Notes: a model not told the origin generated them from the sequence alone. DNA of 64,000 nt from an uncultured Nitrospirota bacterium (GCA_913051775.1 CAJXCL010000002.1:18307-82306); one strand, 5' to 3'; shown: positions 31,185 through 42,686, counted from the stretch's first letter. A program made the numbers and translations.

Positions 31185-31796
31185 ATGAGCATGTTATTAA
31201 TAGGCCTTACAGGTGGAATTGCTTCTGGAAAGACCACGGTTTCAAATATGTTTGTAAAACTGGGTGCTCATTTGATTGATGCGGATGTTATAGCACGGGA
31301 TGTTGTCAAACCGGACAAACCCGCCTGGAAGGAGATTGTCTCGGCTTTTGGCGAGTCAGTTTTAGATGATAAAAAAGAAATCATTCGCGAAAAGTTAGCA
31401 GCTGCAATTTTCAATTCTCCTGAAAAGCGCAAACAGCTTGAGGCTATTACGCACCCAAGAATTATTGAGGAGGAAAACCGGCTGATTAATGAGATACGAA
31501 AGAATAATAAACCTGGAATTATTATATTAGATGCTGCTCTACTAATCGAAGCTGGTCATCATAACCGTGTGGATAAGCTTATAGTTGTTTATTTAAACAA
31601 AAACACACAAATAAAAAGACTGAGGAAAAGAGATAGTCTAAGTTTCGCAGACGCCAAAAAACGGCTGGATTCCCAAATGTCTCTGAATGAAAAAGTTAAT
31701 TTGGCCAATTATGTGATAGATAACGGCAAGTCCACTGATGAATCAGAAAAGCAGGTATCTCAAATTTATAAAAAACTAATTATGGAGTGCAGATGA
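31185..31796 (+). CDS. coaE: Dephospho-CoA kinase
   Basis: IGLTGGIASGKT, IDAD, LEAITHP, LLIE, SQM, VIDN. Confidence 0.96.
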   Translation: MSMLLIGLTGGIASGKTTVSNMFVKLGAHLIDADVIARDVVKPDKPAWKEIVSAFGESVLDDKKEIIREKLAAAIFNSPEKRKQLEAITHPRIIEEENRLINEIRKNNKPGIIILDAALLIEAGHHNRVDKLIVVYLNKNTQIKRLRKRDSLSFADAKKRLDSQMSLNEKVNLANYVIDNGKSTDESEKQVSQIYKKLIMECR

Positions 31797-31810
31797 ACCC
31801 AGCAAAATAT

Positions 31811-31912
31811 TTTAGACGAGATAACAAGATAATTTGAAAAAGTCTAGCTTGGCTTCGCTCACCTTTTTACTCCAAACAAAAAATCCAGTCCATCCTGTTA
31901 ATCCTGCCAAAA
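31811..31912. repeat. GACAGGAT-family inverted-repeat element between convergent coaE and purQ
   Basis: AGACGAGATAACAAGAT ... ATCCAGTCCATCCTGTTAATCCTGCC. Confidence 0.65.
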
Positions 31913-31916
31913 AAAG

Positions 31917-32633
31917 TTAGCTGCTTTTATCTGAAAAATTCAGTGAGCTGTTTGCACTTAAAATGGACTGAAATATTTTAAGCCCATCCTGGTTTCCTAA
32001 AATACTCTCCGAGCATCTTTCCGGGTGCGGCATCATTCCTAAAACATTTCCTTCTTCATTGCAAATCCCGGCTATATTCAGGCAGGATCCATTAGGATTG
32101 GCATCGTCACTCACATCACCATCAGGAGAAGCGTATTTGAAAACAATCTGCTTATTTTCCTTCAGCTTGTTTAACGTTTTCTGATCGGCAAAATAGTTTC
32201 CATCGGCATGAGCGATAGGAATGGTTAACAGTTCACCATCCTTTAAGTTTCTGGTAAATGGAGTGCTGCTATTCTCCACTTTAACTGTTACATTTTTACA
32301 AATAAACTTTAATGACTTGTTTCTCATCATTGCCCCGGGCAAAAGGCTTGCTTCCATCAAAACCTGGAATCCATTACAAATACCGATTACCAGACCACCT
32401 TTTCCGGCGAATTTAATTACACCGTTCATAATCGGGGAGAATCGGGAAATAGCGCCGGGCCTCAGGTAATCTCCGTAAGAAAAACCGCCGGGTAAAATAA
32501 GGCAGTCATAATTTTTTTTTATTTCATCTTTATGCCATAAAAAATCAACTTCCTGTTCTAATACATGCTTTATAATGTGATAACAATCATGATCACAGTT
32601 AGAACCAGGGAAAACTATAATTCCAAATTTCAT
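31917..32633 (-). CDS. purQ: Phosphoribosylformylglycinamidine synthase subunit PurQ
   Basis: [47 protein letters not shown]. Confidence 0.97.
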   Translation of the reverse strand: MKFGIIVFPGSNCDHDCYHIIKHVLEQEVDFLWHKDEIKKNYDCLILPGGFSYGDYLRPGAISRFSPIMNGVIKFAGKGGLVIGICNGFQVLMEASLLPGAMMRNKSLKFICKNVTVKVENSSTPFTRNLKDGELLTIPIAHADGNYFADQKTLNKLKENKQIVFKYASPDGDVSDDANPNGSCLNIAGICNEEGNVLGMMPHPERCSESILGNQDGLKIFQSILSANSSLNFSDKSS

Positions 32634-32643
32634 ATTTTGTAAT

Positions 32644-32895
32644 TTATTCAACATCGGGGTCAATTTCAAACCGGTAATCTTCAATGACGGTATTAGCTAA
32701 GAGTTTTTTACACATTTCTTTCAGCTTATTCCCCGCTTCCTCTTTATTTGTTCCTTTCATTTTTATTTCAATTATTTTCCCCACCCGAACTTCCTGAATT
32801 TCTTTATAACCGAGATCGAATAAAGAATGCTGGATTGCTTTTCCCTGGGGTTCGAGAATACCTTTTTTTAAAGTTATGTAGATTTTTGCGTTCAC
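32644..32895 (-). CDS. purS: Phosphoribosylformylglycinamidine synthase subunit PurS
   Basis: [31 protein letters not shown]. Confidence 0.96.
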   Translation of the reverse strand: MNAKIYITLKKGILEPQGKAIQHSLFDLGYKEIQEVRVGKIIEIKMKGTNKEEAGNKLKEMCKKLLANTVIEDYRFEIDPDVE

Positions 32896-33041
32896 CAGAA
32901 GACCCCCTTATTCAATATATTTCAGACAGGATAACAGGATAAACAAGGTATTAAAATAGAAATAAAAATTTTTATAAAGAATGAAACACAAACTGATTTT
33001 CCTGATTGCTGATGGTTGACTGCTAAACGCTCACTTCTATA

Positions 33042-34445
33042 CTAATAAGCACTTTTGTTAATTAATCCTTTCCAGATAGTGAGCCACATAATCTTCAAAT
33101 CAAATAAAAGGGACCAGTTTTCGATATAATAAAGATCATATTCAATCCGTTTTTTCAACGATGAATCTCCTCTCCAGCCGTTTACCTGCGCCCATCCTGT
33201 AATTCCAGCTTTCATTTTATGCCGCAGCATATACTGATACACAGATTTTTTAAAATCATTGACAAACACAGGCCGTTCTGGCCTTGGCCCTACTATGCTC
33301 ATATCACTTTTCAGTACATTAAAAAACTGCGGAAGTTCATCGAGACTGGTTCTTCGCAAAAATTTTCCTATTGATGTTCTTCTAGGGTCACCATTTTTTG
33401 CCCAGACTGCCCCTGTTTTTTCCTCAGCATCCTCAAACATGGTCCTGAATTTATACATTGTAAAATGGCGGCCACCGAATCCCATGCGTTCCTGTTTATA
33501 AAGAAAGGGTCCTTTTGAAGTTAATTTTAAAGCAATCGCTATAATTATAATCATCGGGGACATAACAATCACTACGATTAAAGAAGCAATAATATCAAAA
33601 AATCTCTTCAATAGTTTGTTCCAGCCATATAAAGGCCCTTCACTTAAACTAACTATAGGTAGGCCGTCTATGTCATCTATCCCTGGGTTTAGCCGCATAA
33701 ACTGTAAAAGATCCGGCACAACTTTGATATCGACAAATTCTTCCCCTAAGTAGCTTATAACTTTTTCTAATCTATCATGGGCATGGCGAGGCAAAGCTAT
33801 AAAAATCTGGTCTACATTATATTCCTTCACGATTTTTTGAACATCTTCCAATTGCCCTAATATCTTTTTTCCTGAAACGGATTGACCAACTTTTTTAGAA
33901 TGATTCGTTAAAAATCCAACTATATTAAATCCTATTTCAGGATGAAGATTAATCTTTTCAGCAAGGTTTTTTGCCAGATCCCCTGCTCCAACGATTAAAA
34001 CATGTCGGAGGTTGTACCCTTTTTCTCTAAAATATTTTAAGGTCTTTCTTAAGTAAAAACGAGAAAGGCTGATAGTTATAATACTAAAAAACCAGAAAAG
34101 GACCATTACAATTCGAGAATATGAATTTTCACGATAAAAAAAGGTAATCGCAGTAAGGATAACAATGGATAAAGAAACTGCCTTAAATATGTTAACAAAC
34201 TCATCAAACTGCTTTTTACCCCTCATTGGTTTATAAAGACCGCCCCCTATAAGGCATACGGGAAAAACAATGCTAATGAAGAGGAGAAATATCAAGTAGT
34301 CGCTGAAAAACGGTAAGGGATGCCTTAAAGGAAATAATTCCAGAGTAAATCGAATAAAGAAAGAGGCTAACCACGAGAAAACAACCGAGGCAAGGTCGGT
34401 AATAAATAGCACTGAAATAAATACCTGAGCGTATTTTTTTAGCAT
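33042..34445 (-). CDS. wcaJ: Undecaprenyl-phosphate glucose phosphotransferase (WcaJ/GumD family)
   Basis: KRFFDI, YKFRTM, LRRTSLDELPQFFNVL..MSIVGPRPERP, GITGWAQVNG, DLYYIENWS. Confidence 0.9.
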   Translation of the reverse strand: MLKKYAQVFISVLFITDLASVVFSWLASFFIRFTLELFPLRHPLPFFSDYLIFLLFISIVFPVCLIGGGLYKPMRGKKQFDEFVNIFKAVSLSIVILTAITFFYRENSYSRIVMVLFWFFSIITISLSRFYLRKTLKYFREKGYNLRHVLIVGAGDLAKNLAEKINLHPEIGFNIVGFLTNHSKKVGQSVSGKKILGQLEDVQKIVKEYNVDQIFIALPRHAHDRLEKVISYLGEEFVDIKVVPDLLQFMRLNPGIDDIDGLPIVSLSEGPLYGWNKLLKRFFDIIASLIVVIVMSPMIIIIAIALKLTSKGPFLYKQERMGFGGRHFTMYKFRTMFEDAEEKTGAVWAKNGDPRRTSIGKFLRRTSLDELPQFFNVLKSDMSIVGPRPERPVFVNDFKKSVYQYMLRHKMKAGITGWAQVNGWRGDSSLKKRIEYDLYYIENWSLLFDLKIMWLTIWKGLINKSAY

Positions 34446-34737
34446 TGGAAATAAACCATTTATTTCAATTTTCTAAAAAAAGATAAAAGATTATTATACA
34501 CTGCAACATGGTATGGCAGAAAATTTTTGATTTATTAGCAAATAGATACTGAGGAACAAATGTTTCAAAACGAGAGAAATGGTTAAAGAGAAAATATCTC
34601 CTTTTTCAATGGTATCATTTGCCTCATGCAGCCGGATATTTACGTTTAAGAATTTGACAATAAAATCGAGGATTTTAGCGGTGCGGAGCTAAGTATTTTT
34701 ATCAATTCTGAGATTTTCCTCAGTGGATTCTGTCATT

Positions 34738-35907
34738 CTATTTCAAAATATTTTTAATCCCTCTGATAGCCTGACGGGTGCGATGCTCGTTTTCTACTAA
34801 GGCAAAACGCACATAATGGTCTCCCCCTTCTCCAAATCCGATCCCCGGAGACACAACAACTTTTGCCTCTTTCAAAAGAAATTTTGAGAACTCCAATGAT
34901 CCCATCTTTTTAAAATTATCAGGGATTTCCGCCCATACAAACATCGTGGCTTTGGGCTTTTCAATCTGCCATCCTGCCTGGTTGAGTCCGTTAACCAGCA
35001 GATCACGACGCGTTCTATAGGTTTCAACTATTTTATTGACACAGTCTCGCTTACTGTTTAAAGCGATAATAGAAGCGATCTGTATCGGTTGAAACATGCC
35101 ATAATCTAGGTAACTTTTTATGCGGGCTAATGCGCCTATAATTTCTGAATTGCCTACCGCGAAACCAACTCGCCAGCCCGGCATATTATAGCTCTTTGAA
35201 AGGGAAAAAAGCTCAACCCCTACCTCTTTCGCTCCCGGTACCTGCAGCATACTTGGGGCCTTGTAACCATCAAAAACAAGATCTGCATAAGCAAAATCAT
35301 GAACAACAATAACATTATGCTCCCTGGCAAATTCTATAACCTTCTCAAAAAAATCATAGTCTACGCAGACAGTAGTGGGATTATGCGGAAAGTTGATAAT
35401 TAAAATCTTAGGGTGAGGCCAGTGGCTTTTAAACGCCTTTAAAAGATTTTCAAAAAAATCACCCTCTTTGTTCATGGGAACCTGAACTACATCTCCATTT
35501 GCTATTATTACGGCATAATTATGGATGGGATAAGTAGGTGTAGGCACCAGGACAATATCTCCCGAACCGATAATGGCCAACGATAAATGAGAAATACCTT
35601 CTTTAGATCCTATAGTTGCAATAGCTTCTGTTTCCGGGTTCAATTCAACATCAAAATTTCTTTTATACCAGTTTGTAATAGCAAGTCGCAAATTTGGAAT
35701 ACCCTTTGAAGCTGAATAACGATGGTTTTGAGATGCACCCGCTTTTTCAATGAGCTTTTTCACGATAAAATCAGGCGTCGGCTGGTCCGGGTTCCCCATT
35801 CCAAAATCAATAATGTCTTCTCCCCTTCGGCGAGCTTCAATCAGTAATTCCCTCACAATATTAAATACATAGGGAGGAAGTCTTTTTATTCTTTGAAATT
35901 CCCGCAT
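34738..35907 (-). CDS. Class I PLP aminotransferase, AlaC/YfdZ (LL-DAP aminotransferase-like) family
   Basis: [55 protein letters not shown]. Confidence 0.88.
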   Translation of the reverse strand: MREFQRIKRLPPYVFNIVRELLIEARRRGEDIIDFGMGNPDQPTPDFIVKKLIEKAGASQNHRYSASKGIPNLRLAITNWYKRNFDVELNPETEAIATIGSKEGISHLSLAIIGSGDIVLVPTPTYPIHNYAVIIANGDVVQVPMNKEGDFFENLLKAFKSHWPHPKILIINFPHNPTTVCVDYDFFEKVIEFAREHNVIVVHDFAYADLVFDGYKAPSMLQVPGAKEVGVELFSLSKSYNMPGWRVGFAVGNSEIIGALARIKSYLDYGMFQPIQIASIIALNSKRDCVNKIVETYRTRRDLLVNGLNQAGWQIEKPKATMFVWAEIPDNFKKMGSLEFSKFLLKEAKVVVSPGIGFGEGGDHYVRFALVENEHRTRQAIRGIKNILK

Positions 35908-36068
35908 AATTTTTCTGCACTGCAAGTCTATATCACTTTGTTATTTTAGCAAATTTTTTTGATCCCTTATTAATAGGGAATAAGAATAGTTTAATTCCCC
36001 CTTGTTTTTTTGGGGGGTAAAAAATGTAAATTCCTCCTTAGCAAATGGGGATACTGGGGGTTGTTATT

Positions 36069-36176
36069 ATTTGATTTCAACCATCCCTGATCTCAACCCT
36101 TCGGGCGGCCTTCCTTTTGGAATCCGTCCAATTCGGCTTTCCTACAGAATTGTGTTAGCGGCCCTGCCGCTCTGCG
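36069..36176 (+). repeat. Multi-hairpin dispersed repeat, copy C (overlaps the lipA stop)
   Basis: ATTTGATTTC..CTCAACCCTTCGGGCGGCC..CCGTCCAATTCGG..GAATTGTG..GCGGCCCTGCCGC. Confidence 0.85.
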
Positions 36177-37030
36177 TTATAAGAGCTTCTTACAAAAGGA
36201 CCGGATGTTGTATACTTAAAACCTATCTCGTTTCCTATTTCTTTGTATTGATCAAAAACCTCGGGGTAAATAAACTTTTCTACCGGCAGGTGGTTTTTTG
36301 ATGGCTGCAAATATTGTCCAATGGTAATAGCGTCACAATCAACAGTCCTCAAATCACTCATAACATTTACAACCTCTTCAAACCTTTCACCCAGACCAAC
36401 CATAATACCGGATTTTGAAATAACTTCTGGAGCCTGCTTCTTAACAGTCTCTATCAGTTTTAATGATTTATTATAATCAGCTTGGGGCCTGACTTCTGGA
36501 TACAAGCGAGGCACTGTTTCAATATTATGATTATATATATCCGGCTTACCTGATTTTAAAATCTCTTGTGGGTCTAAATCAGGTGTTAATATTTCTACTG
36601 AAATATCAGAACTAATTTTTCTCACAGCATTAATCGTTAAAGCAAACTGTTTTGCCCCACCATCTTCGAGGTCGTCCCGTGTCACAGAAGTAATCACAAC
36701 ATGATTTAAACCTATTTCTACTGCTGTTTTAGCTACTTCTTCAGGCTCAATGGGATTAACCGGTAACGGATCGCCGCTAAAAACAGCGCAAAACCCGCAG
36801 TTGCGTGTACAAACATTTCCCAAAATCATAAACGTAGCAGTAGGTTTTGAAAAACACTCAAAAATATTAGGACATTTAGCAGACTCGCAAACGGTATGTA
36901 AATTTCTTTTTCTTAACAGCCGTTTTACATCGTGGCTCTTACGATTCCTGAAACTCTTTTTAAGCCAAGGTGGCAATCGCCTATTGTTGGACTGACCGTA
37001 TTTAATATTTTGTTTTATTTCGATATGCAT
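36155..37030 (-). CDS. lipA: Lipoyl synthase
   Basis: TVCESAKCPNIFEC, CTRNCGFC, TSVTRDDL, HNIETV, GQYLQP, RSSY. Confidence 0.97.
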   Translation of the reverse strand: MHIEIKQNIKYGQSNNRRLPPWLKKSFRNRKSHDVKRLLRKRNLHTVCESAKCPNIFECFSKPTATFMILGNVCTRNCGFCAVFSGDPLPVNPIEPEEVAKTAVEIGLNHVVITSVTRDDLEDGGAKQFALTINAVRKISSDISVEILTPDLDPQEILKSGKPDIYNHNIETVPRLYPEVRPQADYNKSLKLIETVKKQAPEVISKSGIMVGLGERFEEVVNVMSDLRTVDCDAITIGQYLQPSKNHLPVEKFIYPEVFDQYKEIGNEIGFKYTTSGPFVRSSYNAERQGR

Positions 37031-37293
37031 TCTCTATTTTTACAATTAATTTGCAATTTTATGCAAGTATTTTGTAATTTTGCATAATAGCACAATGATT
37101 TGAAGTGTTACTAAAAAAATTATACGCAACAATCTGTTTCCAAAATTAAAAGGTCGCGGAGTTCGCCGAGAAAAATCGATAGAATGGCTGAAGAAGCTTG
37201 ACTATACAAAACTTTTTTATCTTGTTTATTCTGTTATCCTGTCTATAATTCTTTTAAATAGATGCTAATTAATTTATTTAAGATTTGGTCATT

Positions 37294-38628
37294 ATGAGAA
37301 AATCGGTTGTCAGCATTGTAGGAAGACCTAATGTCGGAAAATCCACTTTGTTCAATAAAATAATCGGCCGCAGAAAGGCGATTGTGGAAGACACTCCGGG
37401 TGTTACACGGGATCGAAATTATGAAGAGACTTCCTGGAACGACTACACTTTTGATCTTATTGATACCGGTGGGTTTGAGCCGGCGTCAAAGGAAGACATG
37501 CTGTCCCAGATGAGAAGCCAGACTCAATTGGCAGTAGAAGAATCAGATGTTATTATTTTTCTTTGCGACGGGAAAGAAGGTCTTATGCCTGCTGATGAAG
37601 AAGCAATCAATCTTTTAAGAAAATTCCACAAACCCATCCTGCCTGCTGTAAATAAAATCGATGATCCATCTCACTCAAACAGAATTTACGATTTTGCCGG
37701 ATTGGGTTTTGGAGAAATAATATCTGTTTCCGCGGAACATAAGTTAGGGATATCTGATCTCATGGACAAAGTTACTGACTGTCTCGCGCACCTTCCAAAA
37801 ACAGAAACTGGCAATGACCTTCCCGGGGAAGATACAAAAATAGCTATTATAGGTCGTCCAAATGTGGGAAAATCTACTTTAATTAACCAAGTATTAAAAG
37901 AAAAAAGGCTTATGGTCAGCCCGGCGCCGGGCACGACGCGGGACCCCATTGATACCCGGGTGGAAATAGACGGAAAAAGATATATCTTTACTGATACCGC
38001 CGGCATCAGGCGAAAAGGGAAGGTATCCGGCAGGCTTGAAAAATATTGCGTTATCATGGCTAAAAAAGCAATGGAGCGGTCTGATATAGCGCTTTTAATA
38101 CTTGACGCAAAAGAAGGAGTAACCGCACAGGATTCTAAAATAGCGGGATACGCTTATGAAATGGGGAGAGGATGCATTATTGTCATTAATAAATGGGATC
38201 TTGTGGAAAAAGATCATAAGACCATAGAAAAATACAAAGACAGTGTACTGCAGCATATGAAATATCTTTCTTATGCCCCTGTTATTTCTTTATCGTCTCT
38301 TACAGGTCAACGGGTTCATAAAATCTTTCCATTGATTGGCAAAATCTCAGAAGAATATTCCAAGCAAATTAAAACCTCTCTTCTTAATAAATCATTTAAT
38401 GAAATTCTCGCGCAAAACCCGCCTTCTCTTTATCGCGGAAAGCCGGTAAAGTTTTATTACACTACCCAGATAAAAACAAAACCCCCGACTTTTTTATGCT
38501 TTGTGAATTTTCCAAAAGGGGTTCACTTTTCTTACGAGCGCTATCTCCACAACCAGCTGAGAACCAAGTTTAGCCTTGAGAATACCCCGATAAGGATTTA
38601 CTTCAGGGAAAGGGAAAGAAAGGGATGA
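37294..38628 (+). CDS. der: Ribosome biogenesis GTPase Der (EngA)
   Basis: Two GRPNVGKSTL P-loops, DTGG and DTAG, NKID and NKWD, KH-like C-terminus. Confidence 0.97.
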   Translation: MRKSVVSIVGRPNVGKSTLFNKIIGRRKAIVEDTPGVTRDRNYEETSWNDYTFDLIDTGGFEPASKEDMLSQMRSQTQLAVEESDVIIFLCDGKEGLMPADEEAINLLRKFHKPILPAVNKIDDPSHSNRIYDFAGLGFGEIISVSAEHKLGISDLMDKVTDCLAHLPKTETGNDLPGEDTKIAIIGRPNVGKSTLINQVLKEKRLMVSPAPGTTRDPIDTRVEIDGKRYIFTDTAGIRRKGKVSGRLEKYCVIMAKKAMERSDIALLILDAKEGVTAQDSKIAGYAYEMGRGCIIVINKWDLVEKDHKTIEKYKDSVLQHMKYLSYAPVISLSSLTGQRVHKIFPLIGKISEEYSKQIKTSLLNKSFNEILAQNPPSLYRGKPVKFYYTTQIKTKPPTFLCFVNFPKGVHFSYERYLHNQLRTKFSLENTPIRIYFRERERKG

Positions 38629-38649
38629 CAGCACATGACATATGCATAT

Positions 38650-39513
38650 CTATTTATTTTCATGTACATTTAAAATAATATTATCGATAAGTCTTGTTTT
38701 GCCGATAAAAACAGCAATGGCAATCATAACCTGATCTTTTATTTCTTTAACGTCTTTTAAATCCGGCAGACTGACAATAGAAATATAATCGATTTCTGCT
38801 CCCTTTGTTTTGCTTACCATTTCGTACATCTCACCTGTAACTTTCATGGCGTCACGCTCTTTATCTTCCATAATACGTTTTTCAGCATTACAAAGTGTCT
38901 GGTTTAGAATCATGGCTTTTTCCCGCTCTTTATCAGAGAGGTTTTCGTTTCGTGAGCTGTATGTCAACCCGTCCTTCTCTCTTACAATCGGCATAAAACG
39001 GATATCTACCGGGAAGTTCAGATCATTCACCACCTTTGCCACAACTATTGCCTGCTGTGCGTCCTTCATCCCAAAATATGCTTTATCCGGTTGCACAATA
39101 TTCAACAATTTACAAACAACAGTAGCAACACCGCGAAAATGTCCCGGCCGAGAAATTCCGCAGAGGACATTTGTAGCATGCCCTGATACTTCCACAAATG
39201 TGGACGACTCTTCCGAATACACCTCTTTATCTTCCGGCATAAATAAAATATCCACGCTGGCATCCCGCGCAATCTGAGTATCCTTTTTGAAATCCCGCGG
39301 GTAAGTAGAATAATCTCTCTTGTCGGCAAATTGTATGGGATTCACATAAATGCTGATAACCGTGCATTCACATTCCTCTGTGGACGCTTTCACTAGACTG
39401 AGATGACCGGGATGCAAAGCTCCCATGGTAGGAACAAACCCTATAGATTTATTTTTTAATCGATATTCAAGAATAACAGGACGAAGCTCTTTAATCGTTT
39501 TGATGATTTGCAT
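38650..39513 (-). CDS. panC: Pantoate--beta-alanine ligase
   Basis: GFVPTMGALHPGH, NPIQF, RPGHFRGVATVV, FGMKDAQQ, SSRN, RLIDN. Confidence 0.97.
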   Translation of the reverse strand: MQIIKTIKELRPVILEYRLKNKSIGFVPTMGALHPGHLSLVKASTEECECTVISIYVNPIQFADKRDYSTYPRDFKKDTQIARDASVDILFMPEDKEVYSEESSTFVEVSGHATNVLCGISRPGHFRGVATVVCKLLNIVQPDKAYFGMKDAQQAIVVAKVVNDLNFPVDIRFMPIVREKDGLTYSSRNENLSDKEREKAMILNQTLCNAEKRIMEDKERDAMKVTGEMYEMVSKTKGAEIDYISIVSLPDLKDVKEIKDQVMIAIAVFIGKTRLIDNIILNVHENK

Positions 39514-39699
39514 GGTAGAAAAATATTAATATTTGCTTAGGGGTTTAAACGATTGTGATAGCATACAGCATTAAGCTACTAGCAATCAGCAAGAAATAAA
39601 AAAAAAGCAAACATTATTTGTAACCTTTTTTTTTAAATTTTTGGCGCAACTCCGCATCTTCCTGCTATGGCTGAAAACTGACCGCTGATAGCTGGGCGG

Positions 39700-40893
39700 T
39701 TATTTTCTCTCCAAGACTATTGCCGCTCCCTGCCCTCCTCCGGCGCACAGCGTTGCAAGCCCCAATTGTAAATCCCGCCGCTTCATTTCATATAAAAGGG
39801 AAACAATAAGTCTTGTCCCTGTGACGCCTACCGGATGGCCGAGGGCAATAGCACCTCCATTGACATTCACCTTTTCCCAATCCCATTTCAACATTTTCCC
39901 CACAGACAAGGTTTGAGCGGCAAAAGCTTCATTAATTTCAATTAACTCGATATCTTTCAAATCAAGCCCTGCTTTCTTCAGTGCTTTTGGGACAGCCAAA
40001 ACTGGCCCGATCCCCATCCGTTCCGGTTCAACACCTGCAAAGGCATATGCTTTAATATGCCCCATGATTTCAAACCCCAATTCTTTAGCTTTTTTTTCTG
40101 TCATCACCAACACTGCAGCAGCCCCGTCGCTGATAGGGCAGGAATTGCCTGAAGTCACGGTTCCGTCCTCCTTAAATATAGGCGGATAAAGGGACAGCAC
40201 CTGCACGGTAAGCGCTATGTTTGGGCCTTCATCCTGATTAAATGTTTCAGGAGTAACTTCTTTCCCGGCTGCCTTTTTCGGAATGGAAAGTGTAACTATT
40301 TCTTTTTTAAACTTTCCTTCACGAGTAGCTCGGAATGCCTTTTTTTGGCTTTCAACTGCAAACCGGTCTTGCTCCTCCCTGCTGATTTTGAACTCTTTAG
40401 CCAGATTTTCAGCTGTGCGCCCCATAATCTGGCCACAGATAGGATCGGTTAAACCTTCCCAGAGCGTGTCTATCAGTTCAGAATGCCGCAGTCGTTTTCC
40501 GAAACGCAGGTCCCTATTTACAAAAGGAGCTTTGCTCATGCTTTCCGCCCCACCGGCAATATATACATTTCCTTCTTCACATTGAATATTCTGGAATGCG
40601 TTTACAACTGATTGAATTCCCGAAGCGCAATTTCGCTGAACCGTATAAGCGGGAGTTGAAATCGGCAAGCCGGCTTTTAAAGCAATAACTCGCGCGAGAT
40701 TTGGGGCATCGCTGAATTGACCTATACAACCGAAAATCACTTCATCAATTATGGAATGGTCTATTTGAGAACGGTTGGTTAATTCCCTGACGACCCATTC
40801 ACCTAATTGTTGAGCTGTGATATCCCGAAGAGCTCCTCCTAAAAGTCCCTGTGGAGTTCGCAAAGCATGAGTAATAACAATTTCTTGAGCCAT
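39700..40893 (-). CDS. Acetyl-CoA C-acyltransferase (thiolase)
   Basis: [41 protein letters not shown]; real start probably 40893. Confidence 0.94.
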   Translation of the reverse strand: MAQEIVITHALRTPQGLLGGALRDITAQQLGEWVVRELTNRSQIDHSIIDEVIFGCIGQFSDAPNLARVIALKAGLPISTPAYTVQRNCASGIQSVVNAFQNIQCEEGNVYIAGGAESMSKAPFVNRDLRFGKRLRHSELIDTLWEGLTDPICGQIMGRTAENLAKEFKISREEQDRFAVESQKKAFRATREGKFKKEIVTLSIPKKAAGKEVTPETFNQDEGPNIALTVQVLSLYPPIFKEDGTVTSGNSCPISDGAAAVLVMTEKKAKELGFEIMGHIKAYAFAGVEPERMGIGPVLAVPKALKKAGLDLKDIELIEINEAFAAQTLSVGKMLKWDWEKVNVNGGAIALGHPVGVTGTRLIVSLLYEMKRRDLQLGLATLCAGGGQGAAIVLERK

Positions 40894-40923
40894 AACGGTT
40901 TTTTTTAAGCTTCTACACACTAT

Positions 40924-41090
40924 TACTATGTAAAACTTACTTTTTATACAAGTTTTTTTTGTTTGCTCACCGGAGCGGTATTTCCATTTGATTTCGGCCT
41001 TCCATGGCCTCAACCCTTCGGGCGGATGGAAAAGACATCCGTCCAGTTCGGTTCTCCATGCCGAATTGTGGTTGCGGAGCCTCTCCGCTT
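40924..41090 (+). repeat. Multi-hairpin dispersed repeat, copy D
   Basis: GGCCTCAACCCTTCGGGCGGATG..CATCCGTCCAGTTCGG..CCGAATTGTGGTTGCGGAGCCTCTCCGC. Confidence 0.9.
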
Positions 41091-41123
41091 TATGATTTAT
41101 TCTCTCCAACTCTCCAGTCCATA

Positions 41124-41399
41124 CTAGCAGATGATATCTCGAACGATATTATCTATTTCAAAAAATTGCAGGGTGACCCGGAATTTCTTAGATTTTTCAT
41201 CTACAGTTTTTTTATTTACCAGAGCGTTGTACATAATAGTTCTGTTATCTCTGGAGAGTGGCTCTGCTTTGGCCTCTTCTAACATTGGCAATTCAGGTAA
41301 TTCAAAGAATACTGTAACGACTTCTTCTTTTTCGAGAATTGATATAAATTCTTCCACCTGTTCAATGGAATCGGCCCATTCATTCAAATCTTGTTCCAC
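41124..41399 (-). CDS. Hypothetical acidic protein
   Basis: 91-codon ORF with protein-like composition upstream of the thiolase; family not recognised. Confidence 0.55.
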   Translation of the reverse strand: MEQDLNEWADSIEQVEEFISILEKEEVVTVFFELPELPMLEEAKAEPLSRDNRTIMYNALVNKKTVDEKSKKFRVTLQFFEIDNIVRDIIC

Positions 41400-41600
41400 C
41401 TTTTTTTATAAGATTTTCTATATATCTTTTTGTATTAATACATTTTAATATTAATACACAGTTTGATGATGTCAAAAATATTTTTTGATGGTTTTTGTGC
41501 TGATAATGCGTGAGGAGGGAAAACAATTGACAGTTATCAATTATTATTCTTATCTCCACTTTTTTGACTTTTACATATGCTTATGATAATTTTTAGTTGT

Positions 41601-42686
41601 ATGAATATTAAACGAAGAAAAGCGCGCGTAGTTCATGTTGGCCCTGTGGCAATTGGGGGTAACCATCCCATCTCTGTGCAATCTATGACCAATACAGACA
41701 CCCGTGATGTGGGAGCAACATTAGCTCAGATCGTGGAATTGGAAAAAGCAGGGTGTGAAATTATCCGGCTTGGTATTCCTGATATGGATGCCGCGGAAAA
41801 ATTCGGCGAAATCAAAGGCAGAACAAAAGCCCCGTTGATCGCAGATATTCATTTTGATTATAAACTGGCTCTTAAAGTAATTGAAAAAGGGGTCGATGGT
41901 TTAAGGATTAATCCCGGAAACATTGGAGAAAAAAAGCGGGTGCAGAAGGTTGTGGAAGCTGCGGGGAAAAACAACCTGTCTATTAGAATAGGAGTTAATG
42001 CCGGTTCCCTGGAAAAAGATTTGGAAGGAAAATATAAAGAAAATATCTCGGAAACCATGAGAATAAGCGCGCTGAAACATATCCGAATTTTAGAAGAAAT
42101 GGATTTTTATGATATTAAAATCTCTTTAAAAGCTTCCAATGTTTTAGAAACTATTGAGGCATATCAGCTCCTCGCGAAAGACGTGGACTATCCTTTTCAT
42201 ATAGGGATTAGCGAATCAGGCACGCTTTATTCCGGAACCATTAAATCTTCTGTTGGATTAGGGATTTTATTGGCCCAGGGTATTGGGGATACAATACGGG
42301 TCTCTTTAACCAGCAATCCTGTGGATGAGGTGAAGGCCGGTTTTGAAATTCTGAAGGCACTGGGTCTTAGAAAAAAAGGGATCAATATTATCTCCTGCCC
42401 CACTTGCAGCAGACAGGAAATTGATGTAATTTCTTTAGCCTCTGAAGTAGAAAAACGCTTGTCACATATTAAAAAACCGGTTGATATCGCAGTAATGGGG
42501 TGTGTGGTCAATGGCCCCGGAGAATCCAAACGCGCGGATATTGGCGTGGCCGGAGGTAAGAATTTAGGCGTTATTTATAAAAAAGGAAAGATTATTAAAA
42601 AAGTAAAGTTGGAAACCCGTCAACAACAGGAGAAGTTGATCGAAGATCTGCAGCGCGAAATTAACAAAACATCAGAGAATAGTTGA
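41601..42686 (+). CDS. ispG: 4-hydroxy-3-methylbut-2-en-1-yl diphosphate synthase
   Basis: VQSMTNT, ADIHF, RINPGNIG, RIGVNAGS, GDTIRVSL, SCPTCSR, MGCVVNGPGE. Confidence 0.97.
   Translation: MNIKRRKARVVHVGPVAIGGNHPISVQSMTNTDTRDVGATLAQIVELEKAGCEIIRLGIPDMDAAEKFGEIKGRTKAPLIADIHFDYKLALKVIEKGVDGLRINPGNIGEKKRVQKVVEAAGKNNLSIRIGVNAGSLEKDLEGKYKENISETMRISALKHIRILEEMDFYDIKISLKASNVLETIEAYQLLAKDVDYPFHIGISESGTLYSGTIKSSVGLGILLAQGIGDTIRVSLTSNPVDEVKAGFEILKALGLRKKGINIISCPTCSRQEIDVISLASEVEKRLSHIKKPVDIAVMGCVVNGPGESKRADIGVAGGKNLGVIYKKGKIIKKVKLETRQQQEKLIEDLQREINKTSENS

Noticed and set aside
31917-32895. purS-purQ without adjacent purL
   Set aside because: Split pur clusters are common, and purL may lie outside the window.
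34494-34736. Minus-strand frame starting right after the aminotransferase stop, with an internal TAG (possible read-through or RDD-like remnant)
   Set aside because: Similarity is limited to a few residues, and there is no evidence for recoding or a recognisable family.
40894-41109. 72-aa N-terminal extension of the thiolase
   Set aside because: It is a translation of repeat copy D; thiolase homology begins at MAQEIVI (40893).
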